From Octopus bimaculoides (Eukaryota): a stretch of DNA of 32,833 nucleotides. Positions 24,722-32,833 of this stretch are shown here, piece by piece. Where the stretch lies: assembly GCF_001194135.2 (NCBI RefSeq), contig NC_068997.1:9356731-9389563 (forward strand), in the 5' to 3' direction. The position numbers and the translations under genes were made by a program. The notes below the pieces were generated by a model. The model searched no databases and had not been told where the DNA came from. It worked only from the letters and a program-made list of their open reading frames with translations. Position 1 is the first letter of the stretch; each line of letters opens with the position of its first letter.

Positions 24722-24971
24722 AACTGGAACTTGATCAGACATGTCTTCAGACAAAATCAAGAAAGTGATTCTATGGTGGCACTAAAGTGACAGCCTGAGG
24801 GGAAAAGAGAAGTAAGACGCTGTAAAACCACATGGCAAAGGACCATTGACAAGGGAAAGAGACGATAAAGGTGAAGAGGCTGGGGTGACCCCAGAACAGT
24901 GACAGAAAATACAGCTGGTTGCAGAGATTGTGTTGCAGCCTTATGTGCCTCATGGCACAGACAGAACTAAT
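24722..24971 (+). mobile_element. 3' end of an RTE-clade LINE ORF (decayed)
   Basis: Reads WNLIRHVFRQNQESDSMVALK*QPEG, frameshift, KREVRRCKTTWQRTIDK...RDCVAALCASWHRQN*. This matches the RTE C-terminal pattern W.WIGHVLR...AL.W.PEGKR.RGRPK.TW.R...VAALCA. Confidence 0.78.
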
Positions 24972-25530
24972 CAAATACATGGCCCTGAAGTTGAATCTAT
25001 CTCACAATTATTCCTCTCTCGCCATCCTTTCACCACCAATCAAAAACAGCCTCTCAAATTGCAACTCCTCATTCCTTAAATTCAAAAACTGAAATGCTTT
25101 AAACATTTATTTTACTTGTAAACCTACAACAACCTGTTCGACTGCTTCTAACAGTTGCATTTTTACTTTTTTTTTTGCTTTTATTTTCTTAAAATGCAAT
25201 ATGGTCCTTATTAATTTTCCCTTTACCTGACCAACTTAATGGAATAACAAACTGGCAGTAATATCTGAAAAAAGTACCACCACCACCACTGTTGTAGTCG
25301 CTGTCACCTCTGCCACCACCACCATCATCTTCATCATCATCATTAATATTATTGATATTATTTGGATCTCTCAATGACAGCTCACGCTACATCTAATCTA
25401 ACACTACATTAATATCATTAATCGAAAAGTGGACATAATTATAAGCTCCTCATAAAAAAACATATATCTATTTCAAACTATTAAGGTTTGAAACAAGTAC
25501 TTAGAGACATTTCAAGTCATTTATTTGCGT

Positions 25531-25574
<44 letters not shown>

Positions 25575-26158
25575 GTGTGTGTGGTATAATGCACCTATAT
25601 ATTTATACACACTTTATTATACACACACATATCTCTTCTGAAGAATAATTCATTACACATAAACTCACATATTAAATCTATATCTATGCTCGCTCTCTCT
25701 CTTTCCCCATGGGTCGTAAGAAGATGATAATAAATATTGAAAGTAACTAAGAAATATGAGTTAATGGCAAGTAAATACCCACTATCACCCCCCCTCATCC
25801 TCCTGCTCATCATCATCATTGTCATAAACAGCCATTGTTGTTTTATTTCGAGGCTGATAAAACATGTTTCTAAACAAGCTTAAAGCGTTTAGAACCTTAA
25901 AAGACCAAAACATAGTATTTAATTTGTGTAGATTTAATATTTAAAATAATAACCAGTTTGCTATTTTCAATCGTTGTTTTCTTTTAAACATGCATGTATG
26001 CACATGCGCACGCACACACACACTGCCAATCCAATAAATTGATTAAGTTGAGCATAATGCTTTGACAGATCAAAATGAAAACCAAAATAATAACAGTGAT
26101 CATTGGAGCTCTGGGATTCACCAAAAGAAAGAGAATGGAGATATCACCAACTGTGTGT

Positions 26159-26200
<42 letters not shown>

Positions 26201-26394
26201 TATCACCATCCTCTAACATCCATTTTCCAAGCTGGCATAGGTTACACACACACACATTAGTATTGAATAACAAGTATGAGTGCTCAATACCACATTGGTA
26301 GATAAATATTCTTTATTTGTGGATTAACAAGGCAACCAATGGTTTCATGTGACAATTGTTTAAACTCACCGTGTGGGGATCTTGATACTCATCT

Positions 26395-26426
<32 letters not shown>

Positions 26427-27061
26427 GTAAGCACATAGGTACAACACAAGTTTGAAAATAGTACTTGAATACCAAAGGTCGAGTAAAATGCTATTTTATG
26501 AAAGTCAAAAAAACTTCACAAATTGTCACTCGGTGTTTTTCACGACCACTCCTCAGGCATTTGTGATAATACTGACTAAATATTGCAGGCAACATCAATA
26601 TTTATACAATTCAGAAGATCACCTGGATGGAAAAAACCCACACACTACAGAGAGTACTGTCAATCAAGTGACATTTTCCACATGGCACCTCAAGTCTATC
26701 TTCCTGTTTTATATACTGTAGAGTCAGGTCCAGTTTAGACTTGACCCAGGGCTGTAGTGTTAACAAAGAAACAAACTGTGGCAAGACTTCCCTATTTAAA
26801 CGATGTCTAAATTTAACAATAATAATGGTTTATAACTGATATATTTATGTGTAAATATATTGACAATAGTCTTTCAGTTCTCGAAAAATGGTTTGCAATT
26901 TCTTGTTGAACAACCTACACAGATGATTTGCTTATAGTGAGCAAATGTTTAAAGATATATATATAAGCAATGTTAATTCTCTATATGAAGTATTAACAGT
27001 AACTGCACGATAAAGTGTAGTATATTGCCACTTAAGTGTGGCTGACCCCTAGGGGTGGATG

Positions 27062-27232
27062 TTACTGTTGCTTTTAGCCCCAGGAGGACATCTCCTCCAG
27101 CTGGCTTATCGACACACGACTGTGTCCTGTTTGCCAAGGTGAGAGGGATAACTCCCTTGGCAAACAGGACACAGTCGTGTGTCGATAAGCCAGCTGGAGG
27201 AGATGTCCTCCTGGGGCTAAAAGCAACAGTAA
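27062..27232. repeat. Perfect inverted repeat with 78-bp arms and a 15-nt spacer, truncated by a gap
   Basis: 27062-27139 is the exact reverse complement of 27155-27232. Spacer TGAGAGGGATAACTC. N-run starts at 27233. Confidence 0.95.
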
Positions 27233-27819
27233 NNNNNNNNNNNNNNNNNNNNNNNNNNNNNNNNNNNNNNNNNNNNNNNNNNNNNNNNNNNNNNNNNNNN
27301 NNNNNNNNNNNNNNNNNNNNNNNNNNNNNNNNNNNNNNNNNNNNNNNNNNNNNNNNNNNNNNNNNNNNNNNNNNNNNNNNNNNNNNNNNNNNNNNNNNNN
27401 NNNNNNNNNNNNNNNNNNNNNNNNNNNNNNNNNNNNNNNNNNNNNNNNNNNNNNNNNNNNNNNNNNNNNNNNNNNNNNNNNNNNNNNNNNNNNNNNNNNN
27501 NNNNNNNNNNNNNNNNNNNNNNNNNNNNNNNNNNNNNNNNNNNNNNNNNNNNNNNNNNNNNNNNNNNNNNNNNNNNNNNNNNNNNNNNNNNNNNNNNNNN
27601 NNNNNNNNNNNNNNNNNNNNNNNNNNNNNNNNNNNNNNNNNNNNNNNNNNNNNNNNNNNNNNNNNNNNNNNNNNNNNNNNNNNNNNNNNNNNNNNNNNNN
27701 NNNNNNNNNNNNNNNNNNNNNNNNNNNNNNNNNNNNNNNNNNNNNNNNNNNNNNNNNNNNNNNNNNNNNNNNNNNNNNNNNNNNNNNNNNNNNNNNNNNN
27801 NNNNNNNNNNNNNNNNNNN
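27233..27819. other. Assembly gap (587 N)
   Basis: Run of N directly after the palindrome. Confidence 1.
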
Positions 27820-27844
27820 TATAACATGCGTTTTCTCCAATCCT

Positions 27845-27852
27845 TAAATTCT

Positions 27853-27883
<31 letters not shown>

Positions 27884-28083
27884 AAATAGTAAATGAGTAT
27901 ATGCATATATACGTACAGGTATGTGCATACCTACATCCACCTGTATGTATAGGTGCATATCTGGGTATAGGACATTGCAAACAAAACGTAGACAAGAAAA
28001 TAATGATAATCAGAGTACAGAAAACACACAAGCCACATAGAGAACACTTTCCTTCATCAGCTACCCCCGTTTTAACACCGGCA
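27845..28083 (-). repeat. Second copy of the 5593-5815 dispersed repeat
   Basis: Reverse-complement match to 5625-5815, with about 25 extra bp in this copy. Confidence 0.8.
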
Positions 28084-28084
28084 T

Positions 28085-28240
28085 ATAGGTGTGGCTGTGT
28101 GATAAGAAGTTTGCTTGCAAACAACATGGTTCTGGGTTCAGTCCCACTGCGTGGCACATTGGGCAAGTGTCTTCTACTATAACACTGGGCTAACTGAAGC
28201 CTTGTGAATTGATTTGGTGGAAAAAAACTGAAAGAAGCCC

Positions 28241-28274
<34 letters not shown>

Positions 28275-28477
28275 TGTTCTTCCCACTGCATGACGACTGA
28301 TGTTGGTCTGTTTACATCCCTTTCATTTAGCAGTTTGGCATAAGAAACTGGTAGTGTCAGTACCACACTTAGAACTTGATAAATATCAAGGTTGTTTGTT
28401 GAAACTAAAAATCCTTCAAGACGGTGGCCCCAGCATGGCCACAGTCCAATAAATGAAGCAAGTAAAAGATAAAGATA
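28085..28477 (+). mobile_element. tRNA-derived CORE-like SINE (family D) with an internal (GT)n microsatellite
   Basis: Head gtggctgtgtgataagaag...gggttcagtcccactgcg, CORE-like ggcacattgggcaagtgtcttctactata, central (GT)n, and 3' end ccagcatggccacagtc...gcaagtaaaagataaa. Confidence 0.75.
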
Positions 28478-28823
28478 TCACACACACACACACAAATATA
28501 TGTTAAGAAAATATAAGGACATAAATTTTAGGTCACTTTTAAGTAGTAAATATATAAATTAAATATATATCTGCTTTTAATGTTAGAGCATATGAGCAAG
28601 ATTAAGAAGTAGCACTACACCTTGATAATAATAATAAAACAGAAAGCCTAATAATTTGGACAGGTCATCAAGAGAAATTATAAGAATGGTAGTAAAAAGG
28701 TCATCAGGTTTAAAATGGTGAATGATGCTAACATGGAAAGGTGGTCTTCAATCCGCAGGAGTTATGCGTAGATGTGGGTGGAAGTATGTGGCTGTGTGAG
28801 TGAGAGCGTGTAGGGGTGGGGGT

Positions 28824-29103
28824 NNNNNNNNNNNNNNNNNNNNNNNNNNNNNNNNNNNNNNNNNNNNNNNNNNNNNNNNNNNNNNNNNNNNNNNNNNNNN
28901 NNNNNNNNNNNNNNNNNNNNNNNNNNNNNNNNNNNNNNNNNNNNNNNNNNNNNNNNNNNNNNNNNNNNNNNNNNNNNNNNNNNNNNNNNNNNNNNNNNNN
29001 NNNNNNNNNNNNNNNNNNNNNNNNNNNNNNNNNNNNNNNNNNNNNNNNNNNNNNNNNNNNNNNNNNNNNNNNNNNNNNNNNNNNNNNNNNNNNNNNNNNN
29101 NNN
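28824..29103. other. Assembly gap (280 N) flanked by G-runs
   Basis: Run of N between taggggtgggggt and ggggggt. Confidence 1.
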
Positions 29104-29352
29104 NGGGGGTTGATTAGAAGTTTGTGCGCGGTCTACAGATCAGAGGGTCCACAAAAAGTCTTGCATGACTTGAAGGAATAATAAGAATGAGGAGAACATC
29201 TTACTTACTTAAGAAAATACAATGATGATAATGTTGATGCTGATGTTTAAGTGCTTAATTATTTCAAAGGATAAGTCAGAAATGGTTTAGAAGACACTTC
29301 AATGGTTTGAACATCTATTTACTGACTTTATTATTATTATTATTAGTCTATG

Positions 29353-30038
29353 AGGGCAGTGGTTTGGCAGCATCATTAAAATCAGACATGGCTTGTGATA
29401 TTACTCAGTTATGGTTCTTTACATTCTGAATTCAAACCCTGATGAGGTCAACTTAGCCTTTCATCCCTCTGGGGTCAATAAAATAAAGTACCAGTCAAGT
29501 ACTGGGAGTCAATATAACTGACTTTAACATCCTTTCCCCCCTCCCCTCAAATTGCTGACTTTGTACCAAAATTTGAAACATTATTATTATGGCAGTGGAT
29601 TGGCAGACTCATTTGGACACCGAAGAGAATGTTTTGTGATATTTGTTTTGACTCTTCACATTCAGAGTTCAAATCCTGCTAAGGCTAACTTTGTCTTTCA
29701 TTCTTTCAAGGTTAATAAAAGCTAAGTACCAATGAAGAACTAGGATCAATTTAATTGACTAATCCCTTCCCCTTAGGAATTTCTGGGATGTACCTATTTT
29801 AGAAATGATTATTGGCTTCAAATTTCGGGACAAAGGCAACAATTTCATGGCACGTGCGGGGGTGGGGGAAGTTGACTTCATTCATCCCAATGCTCAAACG
29901 GTATTGATTTTATCAACCCGGAAAGAATGAAAGCCACAGTGGACTTCAGTAGAATTTGAACTCAGAATGTAAAGATGGACAAAATGCCATTAAGCATTTT
30001 GACCGGAATGCCAATGATTCTGCTAGTTCACTGCCTTA
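29353..30038. mobile_element. Cluster of three family C SINEs: + (about 29353-29588), + (about 29589-29813), - (29814-30038)
   Basis: Three recognisable family C bodies. The minus copy is flanked by ATTTTAGAAATGATTATT at 29796-29813 and 30039-30056. Confidence 0.78.
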
Positions 30039-30048
30039 ATTTTAGAAA

Positions 30049-30050
30049 TG

Positions 30051-30108
<58 letters not shown>
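30049..30108 (+). repeat. (ATT)n microsatellite growing out of a SINE TSD
   Basis: Starts inside the right-hand TSD 30039-30056. Confidence 0.92.
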
Positions 30109-30109
<1 letters not shown>

Positions 30110-30631
30110 TAATAGTAGCACAATTGCAACATATACATACACTTGGAGAAAGAAAACTCTGACTCAAAACTTTTGCTACTTTGAGGTTACACCAAGCCAT
30201 GGGAGAGGTTACAGGAGTTGGCCCAGAAAAGAAATCCAAAACCAGAGTTGTTAAGGTGGTCAGAGAAGAAGACTTTACTAATCTATTGACTGGAAACTTC
30301 TGCAGCCAGAGAGATCATCATTCATAGCAATCTCCATGCTAGTGGACCCTGACCTCCAAGGCTGAGAAAATGGGACTGTCTCTATGCCAAAGCTTTCCCA
30401 CTAGGGCTGCTTTTTGCCCCCCTTTTTTTTCTTTTTGTTTTTCTTGGATGAGAAACTACCAAAGAAAGAAGATAAAAGAAAACAGTTGCAACAAACAAAG
30501 ACTGGGTTGCTGGATCCCTTTGTATCAAATTGCTGGCATAAGGTCTATAAATTCTCTTTCTAGCATTTCTTTGACGGTTCTGCCAGCCTCACACACTAAA
30601 AAAGAAAAACAACAAAACATAAAGCCACCAC

Positions 30632-30775
30632 AATTGGTAGATGTCCACAACTTCAAGTGACCAGTGTTTATAGGCAGCACTACAATTGACAGATACTAAC
30701 AAACCTCAAGTGACCAGTGTTTAAAGAAGACATTGTAATTGACAGATGCCAACAGCCTCGACTGACCATTGCTTA
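30632..30775 (+). repeat. Degenerate 52-53-bp tandem repeat, about 2.7 copies
   Basis: aattg..agat...a.a..ctcaagtgaccagtgttta units start at 30632, 30684 and 30737. Confidence 0.75.
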
Positions 30776-31790
30776 CAGACTGAAGGAGTTCATTGGGTTG
30801 ATTTCCTTTTATTATATTCTTCAATTTCAAAGCAATTCATTTCTGTTGTGTCAACTTTGGTCAAGGAATCAGTGTCATAAACTGCACTAAACTCAAGCCC
30901 TTATGTCCTCAACTTCAATGCTTAACTTTGTTAAACAATGAACTTAAGAACTCATTAATGTATTTCTATCAATTCTTGGTACACTCATTCATTTGCTTCA
31001 TCTCCACAATTGTAGAAAAACGCTAGGCTATACAGACTTCTATAATCTATACACACTACAAACAATAAGTATAGAAATTATGATTTTGGACATTTGAATA
31101 GCTGGATTCTTTGAAGGTATGATTCTATAATTCAGTGCATCATGTGTTCAAATCTAACTCAAGGCACTGCTCCCAAGTCTGCTGGAGCAGAAAAAAAAAA
31201 CCCCACTTTATTCTACATTGCTTCAAGTGGAGAATATGGTTCTAGTTTTTTCTCAAAAATTTATGCATGACAAAAAATGAGATCTTATTACATAATTTGT
31301 CTTTGCTAACATGACAGTAACTCTAGCTAGGTTCTAACTTTATTACACCTCACAGTTTGTGATTAACTTTAATTACATGGATGTTTGGAAATTTGGGAAG
31401 GAAGAGAGAAAAAAAATTAAATGAAAATTTAATTAAATTCTTTTACTAATTGCATTTAGTGATATTCGATTTATGTAAATTAATTCACAAGCAGCAAGGT
31501 GTACATGTACACACGTGTAAATAGACACACACACACACACGCGCGCACACACACACACAGGTGTATGCATGTGAAGGTGTGTGTGTATGTGTGTGAGAGA
31601 GAGAGAAACAAGAAGAGAGGAAGCTCCTGGCAAGTTAAGTCAATGATCTTGGTACAGATTCTTAGTTGAACTATTCCTTGTTATATTCTTAAACAAGTAG
31701 ATTTAAGTGCAATCAATACTACAAGAGAGCCCTTATTTACATAGCTGCCTCACCTGCTAATAATCACAAGAAATTGCTCTCAGATCACAG

Positions 31791-31987
31791 CATCATCATC
31801 ATCATCATCATCGTTTAACGTCCGCTTTCCATGCTAGCATGGGTTGGACGACTTGACTGAGGACTGGTGAAACCGGATGGCAACACCAGGCTCCAATCTA
31901 AATTTGGCAGAGTTTCTACAGCTGGATGCCCTTCCTAACGCCAACCACTCAGAGAGCGTAGTAGGTGCTTTTACGTGTCACCTGCAC
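31791..31987 (-). mobile_element. 5'-truncated family B retroposon
   Basis: Reverse complement of the 3' ~195 bp of the family B copies, including a (CAT)n tail on the plus strand. Confidence 0.8.
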
Positions 31988-32329
31988 TATGTTAAGTAAA
32001 AAGTAGAACACAATGGCCAATGTGGTCATATTGGAATACCATTGCTCCTAAGTTTACTCAATCAGGATCATCTTAGATCTAAGTAACAACAGTGATTTAT
32101 AGCCTGGAGAACGAGCAGACTTGTCCCACAGTATATCAGTTGAAGGACAATATCTTGTAACTTTTCAAAAGATCAACAGATGACTTATGAATGCTTTGTC
32201 TTCATATGATGTGTCCTCAGGTTAAGTTATCCTGAAGATGGGACGGAGTGCATCTGTCTCCATCACAAACTATTGACTATGACCAGAAATCACACTTATA
32301 AGGTGTTGGTTAGTTCACAACATTCCATA

Positions 32330-32372
32330 AGGAGCACAGGGCCATTTTCCTGGTTTCTCTGACATATATACA

Positions 32373-32403
<31 letters not shown>

Positions 32404-32605
32404 CTGAGTTTGTCCCCCCCCCCACCATTGCTTGACAACCAATGTTAGTGTGTTTACATCCCTGTAATGTAGCGGTTTGGCAAAAGAAGCCAATAGAATA
32501 AGTCCTAGGCTTACAAAGAATAAGTCCTGCGGTTGATTTGTTTAACTAAAGGCGGTGCTCCAGCATGACCACAGTCTATTGACTGAAACAAGTAAAAGAA
32601 AAGAA
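32330..32605 (+). mobile_element. 3' half of a family D SINE
   Basis: (GT)n followed by ...gcttgacaacc..tgttagtgtgtttacatcc...aaggcggtgctccagcatgaccacagtc...gaaacaagtaaaagaaaaga. Matches 28240-28477 and the reverse complement of 13190-13380. Confidence 0.7.
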
Positions 32606-32833
32606 TATATATATGAAAGAGTGATGACAAAGAAATAAATGATCATTGTATGTACTTCATTAGCTTGCAGCTGTTTCTACAATGAGATGCAGTGGATTCA
32701 TAGTTGAGTGCCTGAATAGCTTCATCAGAACCTCAGATATGAAGTGCAATTTATTTGGGAAAGAATTACATTTATGCCTATACAGGGCATGACATCAACA
32801 ATAAGAAAAGTCTATATATATATATATATATAT

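Noticed and set aside
26973-28182. The longest ORF-track entries (284-375 aa) and other X-rich ORFs
   Set aside because: Artefacts of reading through N gaps; the mirrored peptides come from the palindrome.
30195-30560. Protein-like plus-strand fragments (MGEVTGVGPEKKSKTRVVKVVREEDF..., DEKLPKKEDKRKQLQQ...)
   Set aside because: Broken by stops and frame changes, and I cannot assign a family. TBLASTX would be needed.
30632-30775. CRISPR-like repeat-spacer appearance
   Set aside because: Eukaryotic context, the inter-core segments resemble each other rather than being unique spacers, there are fewer than three units, and there are no cas genes.

Overview
AT-rich, microsatellite-dense eukaryotic DNA with four N-gaps. 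The SINE repertoire looks like an octopus/coleoid cephalopod draft assembly (inference, not proven). The only clear coding feature is one 347-bp minus-strand internal exon (18166-18512) encoding most of the MBD domain of an MBD5/MBD6-family protein (Drosophila sba), with strong splice sites on both sides. I found no other exon of this gene, so the window is probably mostly intronic. The rest is a layered transposon landscape: several tRNA-derived SINE families (four copies with exact target-site duplications), piggyBac-type MITEs, a HINE/DINE-1-like Helentron derivative about 13 bp from the exon donor, a decayed DUF4817-type Tc1/mariner 5' fragment and an RTE LINE 3' fragment. There is also a perfect 78-bp-arm palindrome running into a gap and a near-identical 281-bp duplication 7.8 kb apart. 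Most entries in the ORF track are translations of microsatellites, SINEs or gaps. I see no convincing evidence of a new multi-gene system. Boundaries of degenerate repeats are approximate; family names and reference sequences are recalled, not database-checked.
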